NCBI GenBank assembly: GCA_038250105.1
Contig: JBBSCQ010000006.1
Location: forward strand, 3,771-67,770
DNA: 64,000 bases
Direction: 5' to 3'
Source: Burkholderiales bacterium
GTDB lineage: Bacteria; Pseudomonadota; Gammaproteobacteria; Burkholderiales; Rhodocyclaceae
In this document: positions 11,032 through 22,969 of the stretch, piece by piece
Layout of the letters: every line of letters begins with the position of its first letter
How positions within the stretch are numbered: position 1 is the stretch's first letter
Notes under the pieces: generated by a model
What the model was told of the DNA's origin: nothing
The model's input: only the letters and a program-made list of their open reading frames with translations
Databases searched by the model: none
Position numbers and translations under genes: made by a program

Positions 11032-11063
11032 AAAAAGGGCGCCGAAGCGCCCTTTCCTTTTTC
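11032..11063. terminator. bidirectional rho-independent terminator (folE2 / rplS)
   Basis: AAAAAAGGGCGCCGAAGCGCCCTTTCCTTTTT: a GC stem GGGCGC/GCGCCC with a CGAA loop, an A-run on one side and a T-run on the other, between convergent genes. Confidence 0.85.
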
Positions 11064-11066
11064 ACC

Positions 11067-11444
11067 TTACGCCGCTGTCGGAGCGACTTTGCGGGTCAGT
11101 TTTTCCTTGATACGTGCGGACTTGCCTGAACGCTCGCGCAAGTAGTACAGCTTGGCGCGACGGACATCACCGCGACGCTTCACTTCAACCGAAGCTACCA
11201 GCGGGGAGTGGGTCTGGAAAGTACGCTCAACGCCTTCGCCAGAAGATATCTTGCGAACGGTGAAAGCCGAGTTCAGACCGCGGTTACGCTTGGCGATAAC
11301 AACGCCTTCGTAAGCCTGCAGACGCTCGCGGGTGCCTTCCTTGACTTTAACTTGGACAACGATGGTGTCGCCCGGGGCAAAATCAGGAAGTGTCTTGCCC
11401 AAACGTGCAATTTCTTCTTGTTCCAGTTGTTCAATCAGGTTCAT
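11067..11444 (-). CDS. rplS: 50S ribosomal protein L19
   Basis: [12 protein letters not shown]...[35 protein letters not shown] is a typical L19. Confidence 0.97.
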   Translation of the reverse strand: MNLIEQLEQEEIARLGKTLPDFAPGDTIVVQVKVKEGTRERLQAYEGVVIAKRNRGLNSAFTVRKISSGEGVERTFQTHSPLVASVEVKRRGDVRRAKLYYLRERSGKSARIKEKLTRKVAPTAA

Positions 11445-11471
11445 GTGAGATCCTTAAAATTTTATAAACAC

Positions 11472-12236
11472 TTACTCACCGCATTGCTCCTCTCCGACGA
11501 TTTCCGTGAGGAGTTGCGTTTCCTCCGCGTTCAACACGCGGTGCGCCAGTAAATCCGGCCGGCGCTTCCGGGTTCGGGCCAGCGACTGTTTCAGCCGCCA
11601 ACGTCGAATTCTTTTATGGTCACCAGACAACAACACATCCGGCACACTCTCGCCGTCGTAATTCTCGGGCCGAGTGTAGTGCGGACAATCCAGCAGACCC
11701 GTTACAAACGAATCTTCTACCGCCGAAGCGGCATCTCCCAACACCCCCGGCAACTGGCGGACGACAGCATCAATCAAAACCATCGCCGGCAACTCGCCAC
11801 CGGAAAGCACAAAATCTCCGATCGAAATCTCTTCATCGACACAGCGCTCGATCAAACGCTCGTCAATTCCTTCATAGCGACCACAAAGCAGGATCAATCC
11901 TTCTTCGCCCGTCGCCAGTTGCATCACACGTGCATGCGTCAGTGGCGCGCCCTGCGGTGAAAGATAGATCACCCGGCTCTTCGCCAACCCAGCTTCACGT
12001 TGCTGCAACTTGGCTGCAGCAATCGCCTTCTCCAGCGGCCCCGGCTGCATCAACATACCCGGCCCACCACCAAAAGGACGATCATCAACTCGTCGCCAGG
12101 CGTTCTCGGCAAAATCACGTGGATTCCAGCTTTGCCACACCCAGCGCCGCTCTTCCAGCGCCCGACGGGTAATTCCGCTTTGCGTCACAGCGACAAACAT
12201 TTCCGGAAAAATGGTTACGCAGTCAAAGCGAATCAC
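11472..12236 (-). CDS. trmD: tRNA (guanine37-N1)-methyltransferase
   Basis: [23 protein letters not shown] and [13 protein letters not shown] motifs. Start placed at the GTG forming a GTGA overlap with the rimM stop (alternative GTG at 12251). Confidence 0.95.
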   Translation of the reverse strand: MIRFDCVTIFPEMFVAVTQSGITRRALEERRWVWQSWNPRDFAENAWRRVDDRPFGGGPGMLMQPGPLEKAIAAAKLQQREAGLAKSRVIYLSPQGAPLTHARVMQLATGEEGLILLCGRYEGIDERLIERCVDEEISIGDFVLSGGELPAMVLIDAVVRQLPGVLGDAASAVEDSFVTGLLDCPHYTRPENYDGESVPDVLLSGDHKRIRRWRLKQSLARTRKRRPDLLAHRVLNAEETQLLTEIVGEEQCGE

Positions 12237-12760
12237 CAGTCGCTGCCCCACTCCACTCGAATGAGTCGCGCCTCTTTCTCTACCGCCAAAACAACTGAAG
12301 CCACAAACGGCAACAGGCGTTCCGGATGATCATCCGACACCACACGCAAAACCGAGCTGGCGCCCGTTTCGATCAGGCTGGCAACTTTGCCCAGCCGCTC
12401 GTCAGCGGTGTTGATGACATCCAGCCCGATCAGATCGGACCAGTAAAACTCACCTTCTTCAGTCGTTGGCAAAGATTCACGCGGCGCGCCGACCAGAATC
12501 CCTTTCATGGCTTCAGCTGCTGTGCGGTCAACTACCCCATCCAACAACACCACTAAACCATTTGCGTGAGGTTTCAAGCGCTTGAGCTTGCATTCACGCC
12601 ACGATTCACCATCGCTACTGAGCCACCAAACAGGCATATCAGCCCAAGCCAGCGGATCGTCACCAAAGGGGTGCAACCTGAGCCAGCCTTGCATCCCGTA
12701 GGGGTCGGCGAGCCGACCCAGTACGACGATATCGTTGCCAGCCAAAGTGGGTACTACCAA
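12233..12760 (-). CDS. rimM: 16S rRNA processing protein RimM
   Basis: [19 protein letters not shown]-terminal RimM motif and a PRC-barrel-like C-terminus. Position is within the rpsP-rimM-trmD-rplS operon. Confidence 0.93.
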   Translation of the reverse strand: MVVPTLAGNDIVVLGRLADPYGMQGWLRLHPFGDDPLAWADMPVWWLSSDGESWRECKLKRLKPHANGLVVLLDGVVDRTAAEAMKGILVGAPRESLPTTEEGEFYWSDLIGLDVINTADERLGKVASLIETGASSVLRVVSDDHPERLLPFVASVVLAVEKEARLIRVEWGSDW

Positions 12761-12772
12761 AGCGGGTATTAC

Positions 12773-13027
12773 TTAAGCAACCTGCTGGGCAGCGTGTTGC
12801 TTGACCAGACGTGCAACAGTCGGGGACAACTGGGCGCCATTGGTTTGCCAGTAGGCCAGGCGATCTGTTGCAATACGCAGGCTTTCTGCATTGCCGGACG
12901 CTACTGGGTTGTAGAAACCGATACGCTCAACGAAACGACCATCACGGCGATTGCGGGAGTCGGTAACAACCATGTTGTAGAAGGGACGCTTCTTGGCGCC
13001 GCCACGGGCAAGACGGATAACAACCAT
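12773..13027 (-). CDS. rpsP: 30S ribosomal protein S16
   Basis: [41 protein letters not shown] is a typical S16. Confidence 0.97.
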   Translation of the reverse strand: MVVIRLARGGAKKRPFYNMVVTDSRNRRDGRFVERIGFYNPVASGNAESLRIATDRLAYWQTNGAQLSPTVARLVKQHAAQQVA

Positions 13028-13159
13028 GGGAACTCTTTCGTTAGCTGGAAAAAAGACCCGAGATTATAGCGCTTTTATAAGGAAAAACAAGCCACTTGGC
13101 AGTCATCAAACAATCGCGCAAGGAAAAGTCCATTTAGACGCAAGCGCCATCTATCGGAT

Positions 13160-14716
13160 GTGTGTGGTCAAACCAAGGATTTTTGTTATTCTCAGCCAAG
13201 CATGAATAGCACACTAGAAAATCTCCCGAAAAACCCGCCAGAAGCCCATATTAAAGGGCTTCTCGAATGGCTGGCCCTGGCGCACGAACGCACGGGCGCC
13301 GACGATGCGGCTCAGCTTTATCGGCAGGTTTTGGTCTTGCGTGAAGCGCCAATCCCGACGGCCCAGCGGATAAAATTTCTTGATCTTCTATACAACCACG
13401 CCGAGCGCATCGCAAATGCCGAACTGGGGAAACTAAGGGTCATATCCTTACCCGCCTCGCGTAAGGTTCGCCAGCGCATGAAACTAGTACAAGACCTGCT
13501 GGCTACGCTGACACAAGATTACTTCAATACCCTTGCCGAGCTTTTCGACCCCGAAACGACTAATACGCTGCGTACACCTCACATTTCGCTACGCAGAGCG
13601 ATGGATGCGATTGCCTGGCAAATCAAAATCAATCATTTACTGGCCGCGCCGCCAGGCGTTGGACTCTGGCAGCAATTACATGCCGCCTATCGCACAGCTT
13701 GCCGCCTCAGACTGGAAAACCTACCCGCCCCACGCGACCGACCCAGCATCCAGCAGATTTACACCAACATACTGTTGGCTGCGATTGCCCACCCGGCTTC
13801 GTTTTCGTCAGCTGAGCTTGAGTTCATCAGCGACTATATCGAAAGCGCCTCATTAAGCATCAATTTTGCGTCGACGCTGCCGCTTGATAGCACCGGTCTT
13901 TTCTGGATCGACCTGAGCAAGGATTTTCCCGCCTACGCACTTGCACGACGAACGCCTGCGGTTGACCTCGACGTTTTATATTTTTCCTGCGACGCAATCG
14001 CCTGCACGGCAAGCCAACATCGTGCTGAACTGGAAAATGAAATTCCGGCCGCCACCCTTGGTTTGCCTGAATTTGCTGAGACGCATGCAGGAAAAGGGGT
14101 TTTACAGCGGCTCAACCTGCTCTGGGGCCACCCCAGCAAACGGAAATTTCCCCGGCGAAGACAATCCTACCGCGCCGCCCTTTGCGCCGGACTCGACCAA
14201 CTCTGGCACCTACTCAAAAAGCCAACAGCGAATATCGAGCTCAGCGAGTGGATGGTGACCAACGAAAGCCCCGATGGCTATTCGTTGATGCACATTTCCG
14301 GCCACACTGAAGACTTGCACGTGGGTGACATTGTCGCGCTGCAACCGCTCGGAGAGCGTACAGAGGTGATTCCGCTCTGGCACGTCTGCATCATTCGCTG
14401 GGCAATCTCGGAAAATCCGGAACATATCGAATTGGGCCTCGAGTTACTTGCCCCCCAGGCTACCGCAGCCGAAATCGCCCACCCCTTCGAACTTACAGCT
14501 GGCAAGATCGCCGCCCTGATCCTGCCGGAAACCCCCCCTTTGCGCATGGGGGAATCGCTCGTTGTACCAACTGGCGTATTGAAGGAAGACACCGGGCGCA
14601 TCATCCTTCTGGTAGAAAAAAACAACCTTGAAATTCGAGAAATCCGGGCAACACACCTTTCCGAACAAACTAGCGCCATCGAGATTTTTAGCGTTTTACC
14701 AGACGACTCACCTTAG
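13160..14716 (+). CDS. PilZ-domain (c-di-GMP-binding type) protein with a large uncharacterised N-terminal region
   Basis: C-terminal third carries RRRQSYR (RxxxR) followed about 33 aa later by NESPDG ([D/N]xSxxG), the two PilZ binding motifs. I do not recognise the N-terminal ~350 aa. An alternative start is ATG 13202 (MNSTLENL). Confidence 0.6.
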   Translation: MCGQTKDFCYSQPSMNSTLENLPKNPPEAHIKGLLEWLALAHERTGADDAAQLYRQVLVLREAPIPTAQRIKFLDLLYNHAERIANAELGKLRVISLPASRKVRQRMKLVQDLLATLTQDYFNTLAELFDPETTNTLRTPHISLRRAMDAIAWQIKINHLLAAPPGVGLWQQLHAAYRTACRLRLENLPAPRDRPSIQQIYTNILLAAIAHPASFSSAELEFISDYIESASLSINFASTLPLDSTGLFWIDLSKDFPAYALARRTPAVDLDVLYFSCDAIACTASQHRAELENEIPAATLGLPEFAETHAGKGVLQRLNLLWGHPSKRKFPRRRQSYRAALCAGLDQLWHLLKKPTANIELSEWMVTNESPDGYSLMHISGHTEDLHVGDIVALQPLGERTEVIPLWHVCIIRWAISENPEHIELGLELLAPQATAAEIAHPFELTAGKIAALILPETPPLRMGESLVVPTGVLKEDTGRIILLVEKNNLEIREIRATHLSEQTSAIEIFSVLPDDSP

Positions 14717-15521
14717 CGGCAATCAGGCCACCAAAGAGCACGACCGCCCAAGACAGATGCAGCCAGACAAGGAACACGGGAAAGGCAGCAAACGCGCCAT
14801 ATATACTTTTCAACATGGCGGAACTGACCAAGTACAGTTCAAAAACCTTTTGCATGGCGGAGAAGGCCAGCATGGCGAATAACCCGCCTACCAATGCTGC
14901 TCGGCGCGAAACATCCGCATTGGGCACGGCGTAATAAAGAAACGAGAAGAACAGGGCAAGCAGAGCCATCGAAACGGCCTTTAACAAACCTTGGCGGAGC
15001 CATATTGGCTCGTCAAACAAGCCCATTGAAACACTCACAGCCAAGGACATCGCCGCTGCCACGGCCCCCAGAATAAACGGCCATACGAGCATAACAAAGG
15101 CATAAAGCCGCAAGCGTACAAAAAACGGCCGGGGCGCCACCAGCCACAGATGATTGAACGTCCGCTCAATTGTATGCATCAACAAGAATGCCGTTACGCT
15201 GAGGAAGGCGATACCTGCTACGGTCAACTGCTGCGCCTTGTTCGAAAACCGGCTGATGCTATTCGCAATAGTTCCTGCGGCCCCGCTGGGCAGCAGGCTT
15301 TCTCTCATCATTAGATCAAGTCGTGAGACCAGTGTATCGAAATAGGGCACCACACCCGCCACGGCTAAAACAACGGCCACCAAGGGGACTAACGCCATCA
15401 AGGTGGTAAAAGCCAGAGCAGAACTGGTCTGCATCATGTTCTCGCTCAAGAAACGATGAAAGATGCCGCCGACCTCAACTGATTTGGGGCGAGCACGATG
15501 ATTTCGGGAGCGTGTTTGCAT
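14688..15521 (-). CDS. YihY/BrkB family inner-membrane protein
   Basis: SSALAFTTLMALVPL start of the YihY core and about 6 TM helices. Start set at an internal ATG (MQTRSRNH); the ORF track starts at 15578. The 3' end overlaps the convergent PilZ gene by 29 nt. Confidence 0.8.
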   Translation of the reverse strand: MQTRSRNHRARPKSVEVGGIFHRFLSENMMQTSSALAFTTLMALVPLVAVVLAVAGVVPYFDTLVSRLDLMMRESLLPSGAAGTIANSISRFSNKAQQLTVAGIAFLSVTAFLLMHTIERTFNHLWLVAPRPFFVRLRLYAFVMLVWPFILGAVAAAMSLAVSVSMGLFDEPIWLRQGLLKAVSMALLALFFSFLYYAVPNADVSRRAALVGGLFAMLAFSAMQKVFELYLVSSAMLKSIYGAFAAFPVFLVWLHLSWAVVLFGGLIAAKVSRLVKR

Positions 15522-15542
15522 GGGGCCGTATAATAGCTGACC

Positions 15543-16139
15543 ATGCAAGACATACTTATTCTCTATTACAGCCATCACGGCTCTGTACGCGCCTTGGCTG
15601 AACGTATTGCGTGCGGCATTGAAGCGGTGCCCGGCATGCAGGCGAGACTGCGTACCGTCCCGAAAATATCGACGACTTGCGAGGCAACCGAGAGAACTGT
15701 TCCAGATAGCGGCGCCCCTTATGTTGAGCTCGCCGACCTAGAAGAATGTGCCGGACTCGCGCTCGGCAGCCCGGTACGCTTTGGCAATATGGCGGCACCC
15801 ATGAAATATTTCTGGGATGGTACCATCGCAGCCTGGCAGAACGGCACACTGGACGGCAAGCCGGCCTGCGTTTTCACCTCCAGCAGCAGCCAACACGGCG
15901 GCAATGAAGCAACGCTGCTGTCGATGATGCTGCCGCTTCTTCACCACGGCATGCTGTTGACCGGCCTTCCCTACACCGAGCCGGCGCTATCAACGACCAC
16001 AACCGGTGGCACGCCTTACGGACCCAGTCATATTTCTGGCGCCAACGGCAATCCACTTTTGTCGGACGCCGAAAATCGGCTGGCCTTTGTACAAGGCCAA
16101 CGCTTGGCAAATATTGTTAAAAAACTGAGTCGACCGTGA
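15543..16139 (+). CDS. wrbA: NAD(P)H:quinone oxidoreductase, WrbA/flavodoxin-like
   Basis: ILILYYSHHGSVRALAE flavodoxin-like N-terminus and GSPVRFGNMAAPMKYFWD; 198 aa. Confidence 0.85.
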   Translation: MQDILILYYSHHGSVRALAERIACGIEAVPGMQARLRTVPKISTTCEATERTVPDSGAPYVELADLEECAGLALGSPVRFGNMAAPMKYFWDGTIAAWQNGTLDGKPACVFTSSSSQHGGNEATLLSMMLPLLHHGMLLTGLPYTEPALSTTTTGGTPYGPSHISGANGNPLLSDAENRLAFVQGQRLANIVKKLSRP

Positions 16140-16504
16140 CAGCCTCTCGATATCAACTGACCACTAGTGTCAGTCTCATCACCCTAATTTTTCTTTGTCT
16201 TCTTTGGGAAGGCTGGCTAGCGCCATTACGCCCCGGTGGCTCTTGGCTAATACTGAAAGGGGCCTTTTTACTGATTCCGCTTTTCGGCATCCTGCGCGGC
16301 AAGCGCTATACCTACAAATGGGTATCACTGTTTATTCAGTTTTACCTGCTGGAGGGCGCCTTCCGCGCAACCAGTGACAGCGGCATGTCACAATGGCTCG
16401 CCGTCGGCGAAACCGTGCTGGCCAGCATCATTTTCGTAGGAGCGATTCTTTACATTCGTGCAACGCGCGCCCCAAAAGAAGAAAAGGCCGCTCAGCCAAG
16501 CTGA
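16136..16504 (+). CDS. DUF2069 family membrane protein
   Basis: 122 aa with 4 predicted TM helices. GTGA overlap with the wrbA stop. This wrbA-DUF2069 pairing is recurrent in proteobacteria (recollection). Confidence 0.7.
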   Translation: MTASRYQLTTSVSLITLIFLCLLWEGWLAPLRPGGSWLILKGAFLLIPLFGILRGKRYTYKWVSLFIQFYLLEGAFRATSDSGMSQWLAVGETVLASIIFVGAILYIRATRAPKEEKAAQPS

Positions 16505-16536
16505 AGCAGCCCTTCGTTCAAGAGAACCCGCAGGGT

Positions 16537-18078
16537 TCAAATACCGCCTTGGGCGCGCACTTTTTCCAAAGTTGAATGCAGCTTATTCAGCGCGTTAAGG
16601 TAGGAGCGCGCTGATGCAATCACAATATCAGTATCGGCGCCATTTCCATTGACCACGCGCCCGCCCTTGGCAAGTCGAGTCGTTACTTCACCCTGCGCAT
16701 CGGTACCGGTCGTAATCGCATTAACCGAGTAGAGCATGAGCTCAGCACCGCTGCTGACGATGCTCTCAATCGCCTTGTAGGTCGCATCAACCGGGCCACC
16801 ACCACCCGCCTCGCCTTTCTGCTCGACACCACCCACGCTAAGAATGACCCGAGCAAAAGGCATTTCACCCGTTTCAGAGCAGACATTTGAATAGACGAGC
16901 TTGTAATACTCTTGCTCGGGTGTCACCACTTCATCTGAAACGAGTGCGTGCAGGTCTTCATCGAAGATTTCATGCTTACGATCAGCCAGTTCCTTGAAGC
17001 GGGCAAAGGCGGCATTAACAGCCTCATCACTGGCGAGCTCTATCCCCAATTCCTGCAAGCGGTTTTTAAAAGCGTTGCGCCCCGAATGCTTGCCGAGAAC
17101 AAGTTTATTTTGCGCCCAGCCCACATCCTGAGCCCGCATGATCTCGTAGGTTTCACGGTGCTTCAAAACACCATCCTGATGAATGCCGGACTCATGGGCA
17201 AAAGCATTAGCACCAACTACCGCCTTGTTTGGCTGCACCGGATAGCCGGTAATCTGCGAAACCAGTTTTGATGCAGGAACAATCTGTGTTGCATCAATCC
17301 GCGTTTCAACCGGGAAAACATCGGCACGTGTGCGCACGGCCATCACAATCTCTTCAAGCGCCGCATTACCGGCCCGCTCACCAAGACCGTTAATGGTGCA
17401 TTCCACCTGACGCGCCCCTGCCAGGACAGCCGCCAGCGAGTTGGCGACGGCCAAACCGAGATCGTTATGGCAATGCACCGACCAAACCACCTTGTCCGCA
17501 TTTGGCACACGCTCAATGAGTTGGCGCATTGTTTCGGCATACTGACTGGAAATATTGTAGCCAACGGTATCCGGCACATTGATTGTTGTTGCCCCGGCGC
17601 GAATCACCTCATCGAAAATTCGACAGAGGAAATCGAGTTCAGAGCGGCCGGCATCTTCTGCCGAGAACTCAACGTCGTCAGTATATTCACGCGCCCAGGC
17701 AATCGACTTCACCGCCTGCTCAACCACCTGATCCGGGCTCATGCGCAACTTCTTTTCCATGTGAATCGGTGAAGTGGCAATAAATGTGTGAATACGTCCC
17801 GACTTGGCTGGTTTGATCGCCTCGCCGGAGCGACGAATATCGTTCTCATTGGCCCGCGCCAATGAACAAATCGTCGAATCCTTGATCGTCTGGGCAATGG
17901 AAAAAATCGCGTCAAAGTCACCGGGTGAAGCAGCGGCAAAACCTGCCTCAATCACATCAACACGCATTTTTTCCAATTGCCGGGCGACGCGTATTTTTTC
18001 TTCCTTGGTCATCGAAGCGCCGGGGCTTTGCTCACCGTCGCGCAAGGTCGTATCAAAAATAACCAGATGTTGTTTCAT
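16537..18078 (-). CDS. leuA: 2-isopropylmalate synthase
   Basis: [31 protein letters not shown] and a C-terminal LeuA dimerisation/regulatory domain; 513 aa. Confidence 0.97.
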   Translation of the reverse strand: MKQHLVIFDTTLRDGEQSPGASMTKEEKIRVARQLEKMRVDVIEAGFAAASPGDFDAIFSIAQTIKDSTICSLARANENDIRRSGEAIKPAKSGRIHTFIATSPIHMEKKLRMSPDQVVEQAVKSIAWAREYTDDVEFSAEDAGRSELDFLCRIFDEVIRAGATTINVPDTVGYNISSQYAETMRQLIERVPNADKVVWSVHCHNDLGLAVANSLAAVLAGARQVECTINGLGERAGNAALEEIVMAVRTRADVFPVETRIDATQIVPASKLVSQITGYPVQPNKAVVGANAFAHESGIHQDGVLKHRETYEIMRAQDVGWAQNKLVLGKHSGRNAFKNRLQELGIELASDEAVNAAFARFKELADRKHEIFDEDLHALVSDEVVTPEQEYYKLVYSNVCSETGEMPFARVILSVGGVEQKGEAGGGGPVDATYKAIESIVSSGAELMLYSVNAITTGTDAQGEVTTRLAKGGRVVNGNGADTDIVIASARSYLNALNKLHSTLEKVRAQGGI

Positions 18079-18094
18079 TTGAAGCTCCGAATTG

Positions 18095-18847
18095 TCACTG
18101 GGGTTTGCGTTTAATCAGGCTAATAGCGGCCTGCACATAGCCGGACAAACCGTAAAGAAGAAAGAATCCGAACAGGGTCATTTCAGGACTGATCGAGATC
18201 AACGCAAAACCCAGTGCAATGGCCGCAATCACGAAAAACGGCACGCTTTTGCGCAAGTTAATGTCCTTGAAACTGTAATAGCGAATATTGGAAACCATCG
18301 TTACACCGGCAAAGATCGTCAGCCCGCAGGCTAGCCAACGAACATCGGGGCCGGGAATACCGGAAACGATCATGACCCAGACCAGCCCCGCGACCAAAGC
18401 GGCGGCGGCCGGAGAGGGCAAACCTTGGAAATAACGTTTATCCATCACTTCAAGCGTTGTGTTGAAGCGGGCCAAGCGCAACGCAGCACCGGCACAGTAG
18501 ATAAATGCAGCTATCCAGCCAAGTCGCCCCATATCCCGCAGCGCCCACTCATAAACAACAAGTGCCGGAGCCGCACCAAAACTGACCATATCCGATAACG
18601 AATCGTACTCCGCACCAAAAGCCGATTGTGTATTGGTCATTCGAGCAACACGACCGTCCAAACCATCAAGCACCATGGCGATAAAAATCGCCATCGCCGC
18701 CCGCTCAAAATCACCTTGCATTGCTTGGACGATAGCAAAGAAGCCGGCGAAAAGTGCTGCTGTAGTAAACAGGTTGGGCAGCACATAAATGCCACGCCGT
18801 TTGATTTCGGGATTAAACAGGGCTTTACGAGGCTTGCGTTCAGTCAT
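18095..18847 (-). CDS. pssA: CDP-diacylglycerol--serine O-phosphatidyltransferase
   Basis: CDP-alcohol phosphatidyltransferase motif [26 protein letters not shown] in a polytopic membrane protein of 250 aa. Confidence 0.92.
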   Translation of the reverse strand: MTERKPRKALFNPEIKRRGIYVLPNLFTTAALFAGFFAIVQAMQGDFERAAMAIFIAMVLDGLDGRVARMTNTQSAFGAEYDSLSDMVSFGAAPALVVYEWALRDMGRLGWIAAFIYCAGAALRLARFNTTLEVMDKRYFQGLPSPAAAALVAGLVWVMIVSGIPGPDVRWLACGLTIFAGVTMVSNIRYYSFKDINLRKSVPFFVIAAIALGFALISISPEMTLFGFFLLYGLSGYVQAAISLIKRKPQ

Positions 18848-19037
18848 TGATTACACGAGTTCAGCAAAATAGGATGGCAAAGGATACACCTTTTCGCGAC
18901 TGGCCAATTCCAGAAACGACAAGGGCGATGCAGGATTCTGCACCGCCCAGGGCGAAGGTAGAGCTAGTTGCAAAGACGCAATCCGTTAGTGATAACGACA
19001 GAGTCGAGCAAAGATACTCTACGAAGTCGGCACAAGA

Positions 19038-20078
<1,041 letters not shown>

Positions 20079-20570
20079 TTAAATTTTAAGAATACGGTCA
20101 CCGCGACCGATGCCACAAACGCCGGTACGAACAGTTTCGAGAATCAAGCCAGCATCAATGGCGGCAATGAACGAGTCGAGCTTGGCGCTTGCCCCGGTCA
20201 ACTCGATAACATAGGTCGATTCGGTAACGTCGATGATCCGACCACGGAAAATGTCGGCCATCCGTGTCATTTCTTCGCGGTCCTTGCCGGTAGCACGAAC
20301 CTTGATCAGCATCAGTTCGCGCTCGACGTGAGCCGCCTGGGAAAGATCAACCACCTTGACCACATCAATCAGCTTGTTGAGCTGTTTAGTGATCTGCTCG
20401 AGTACCTCGTCGGAACCCCGGGTCAGGATAGTCATCCGTGACAACGAGGGATCTTCCGTTGGTGCCACAGTCAGCGATTCAATGTTATAGCCACGTGCCG
20501 AAAACAGACCTGCAACGCGGGAAAGTGCACCTGATTCGTTTTCAATCAGGATGGAAATGATATGTCGCAT
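20079..20570 (-). CDS. ilvN: acetolactate synthase small (regulatory) subunit
   Basis: MRHIISILIENESGALSRVAGLFSARGYNIESLTVAPTED (ACT domain); 163 aa. Confidence 0.97.
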   Translation of the reverse strand: MRHIISILIENESGALSRVAGLFSARGYNIESLTVAPTEDPSLSRMTILTRGSDEVLEQITKQLNKLIDVVKVVDLSQAAHVERELMLIKVRATGKDREEMTRMADIFRGRIIDVTESTYVIELTGASAKLDSFIAAIDAGLILETVRTGVCGIGRGDRILKI

Positions 20571-20586
20571 AATTTTTCTCTCCCGC

Positions 20587-22287
20587 TTACAAATCTTCAG
20601 CGAGAATCATTTCGGTCAGGCCCTTGCCGGCCGAAACCATCGGAAAGACATTCGCCGTCGGATCGATGATGAAGTCCATGAAAACCAGATCGTTTTTGTG
20701 TTCGGTAAATGCCTTACGCAGTGCCGGCTCAACATCTTCCGGCTTCTCGATTTTCATGCCAACGTGGCCATAGGCTTCAGCCAGTTTGACGAAGTCAGGC
20801 AGAGACGTGACGTAAGACTCCGAATAGCGCTTCGAATAAAACATTTCCTGCCATTGACGAACCATGCCAAGCATACCGTTGTTCAGGTTAATGATCTTGA
20901 TGGGCAGGCCGTACTGTTTGCAGGTTGAGAGCTCCTGAATGCACATCTGGATTGAGCCTTCACCCGTGACACAAGCAACCTGCGCACCCGGGTTCGCCAT
21001 CAAAACACCCATGCCGTAGGGTAATCCAACCCCCATCGTACCCAAGCCACCAGAGTTGATCCAGCGGCGCGGTTTATCAAACTTGTAGTACTGGGCGGCA
21101 AACATCTGGTGCTGGCCGACGTCGGAAGTAATGAAAGCATCACCCCCGGTGACTTCATAAAGCTTCTCGATCACGAACTGCGGCATGATGTGGTTGCTCT
21201 GCTTGTAACGCAGTGAATCGCGCCCACGCCACTCGTCGATCTGCTTCCACCAGTTACCAACATCCGGATCGGTCTTGAAGTTTCCGTCCATCAATTTGAG
21301 CAGTTCATCCAGCACATCGGCAACATTGCCGACGATAGGCACATCAACCTTGACGCGCTTGGAAATCGACGACGGATCAATGTCGATATGAATAACACGG
21401 CGCTTTTCCTCACCGAAGTGCTCGGGATTACCGATTACCCGGTCATCGAAACGTGCACCAATGGCCAGAATCACATCGGCGTAATGCATTGCATTATTCG
21501 CTTCAAAAGTCCCGTGCATCCCCAGCATGCCAACAAATTGCTTATCGGTCGCAGGAAAACTACCCAAACCCATCAGCGTGTTGGTTACCGGAAAATTTAG
21601 CTTGTGAGCCAACAAAGTCAGCTTTTCAGCCGCGTCAGAAAGGATCACACCGCCGCCGGCATAAATAATCGGTCGCTTGGCTTCCTGCAGCATCTGCACA
21701 GCCCGCTTGATCTGACCAAGATGCCCCTTGACGACCGGGTTGTAAGACCGCATCTGAATCGTCTTTGGATAGTCGAATTCACACATCTGGGCGGTAATAT
21801 CCTTCGGGATATCAACCACCACCGGACCAGGACGACCGGTTGCTGCAATGTGAAAGGCCTTTTTGATCGTCAGCGCCAAATCCTTGACGTCCTTGACCAG
21901 AAAATTGTGTTTGACACAAGGCCGGGTAATACCAACCGTATCGCACTCCTGAAAAGCGTCCTGACCAATATAGTGCGTCGGCACCTGCCCCGTAATGACC
22001 ACCATTGGAATGGAGTCCATGTAGGCAGTGGCAATACCGGTCACTGTATTCGTCACGCCGGGCCCGGAGGTGACCAAAGCAACCCCCACCCTTTGCGACG
22101 AGCGCGAATAGGCATCAGCCGCATGAACAGCCGCCTGCTCGTGACGCACGAGAACGTGCTTCACCTGATCTTGCCGGAAAAGAGCATCGTAAATGTGCAG
22201 TACGGAACCACCCGGGTAGCCGAAAACACAATCTATCTTTTCTTCTTGCAAGCACCTGATTACAATTTCTGCACCGCTGATCATCAT
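20587..22287 (-). CDS. ilvI: acetolactate synthase large (catalytic) subunit
   Basis: SGAEIVIRCLQEEKIDCVFGYPGG and the ThDP motif GLGTMGVGLPYGMG...GEGSIQM...NLNNG. Start placed at MMISGAEIV; the ORF track gives 22299. Confidence 0.96.
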   Translation of the reverse strand: MMISGAEIVIRCLQEEKIDCVFGYPGGSVLHIYDALFRQDQVKHVLVRHEQAAVHAADAYSRSSQRVGVALVTSGPGVTNTVTGIATAYMDSIPMVVITGQVPTHYIGQDAFQECDTVGITRPCVKHNFLVKDVKDLALTIKKAFHIAATGRPGPVVVDIPKDITAQMCEFDYPKTIQMRSYNPVVKGHLGQIKRAVQMLQEAKRPIIYAGGGVILSDAAEKLTLLAHKLNFPVTNTLMGLGSFPATDKQFVGMLGMHGTFEANNAMHYADVILAIGARFDDRVIGNPEHFGEEKRRVIHIDIDPSSISKRVKVDVPIVGNVADVLDELLKLMDGNFKTDPDVGNWWKQIDEWRGRDSLRYKQSNHIMPQFVIEKLYEVTGGDAFITSDVGQHQMFAAQYYKFDKPRRWINSGGLGTMGVGLPYGMGVLMANPGAQVACVTGEGSIQMCIQELSTCKQYGLPIKIINLNNGMLGMVRQWQEMFYSKRYSESYVTSLPDFVKLAEAYGHVGMKIEKPEDVEPALRKAFTEHKNDLVFMDFIIDPTANVFPMVSAGKGLTEMILAEDL

Positions 22288-22471
22288 TCTTGAGCCCAAA
22301 AAAGCTGTTGCCGGAAGGGCGTAACCTTAATCGACCGTCCCTTTTCGGTCAAGGCTTCCTGTCACGCCCCTATAATGCTCAAGGTTTTTACTGGAAGAGA
22401 CGACCCTGGCTTCACCCCAACAACTATCGAGCTTTCTAGAATCCGTTGAGCGGCGGGCATTCAAACAAGCC

Positions 22472-22969
22472 ATGTTTGCCGTCCACCAAGAGGAATCGGC
22501 CCTGGATATTGTTCAGGATGCCATGCTCAAACTCGCCGAAAAATATGGTGACCGACCAGAGGAAGAGTTTCCCATGCTCTTCCAGCGCATTCTGCAGAAC
22601 ACAATTCGTGATTTTTACCGGCGCAGCAAGGTGCGCTCAATGTGGACAACACTTCTATCGTCCTTCTCTTCCGAAGACGATGAGGACTATGATCCACTTG
22701 AAACACTTGCTGCCGATGAAGATGATGCCGGACCAAGAACGCCGGAAAGCAAGCTGCTGCAAGCGCAAACCCTGAACATTATTGATGAAGAAATAAAAAA
22801 ACTGCCAGCACGTCAACGGGAAGCATTCCTCATGCGTTATTGGGAGGACATGGATGTCGCTGAAACGGCAGCGGCGATGGGCTGCTCGGAAGGCAGCGTC
22901 AAAACCCATTGCTCTCGTGCCACCCACGCGTTGGCAGCCGCCCTGTCGGCAAAAGGTATAAGGCTATGA
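22472..22969 (+). CDS. ECF-type RNA polymerase sigma-70 family factor (start probably upstream, see findings)
   Basis: Region 2 ALDIVQDAMLKLAEKYG...FQRILQNTIRDFYRR and region 4 LPARQREAFLMRYWEDMDVAETAAAMGCSEGSVKTHCSRA. Coordinates begin at the first ATG. The homology-like sequence LSSFLESVERRAFKQA continues upstream with no ATG, GTG or TTG in frame. Confidence 0.85.
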   Translation: MFAVHQEESALDIVQDAMLKLAEKYGDRPEEEFPMLFQRILQNTIRDFYRRSKVRSMWTTLLSSFSSEDDEDYDPLETLAADEDDAGPRTPESKLLQAQTLNIIDEEIKKLPARQREAFLMRYWEDMDVAETAAAMGCSEGSVKTHCSRATHALAAALSAKGIRL

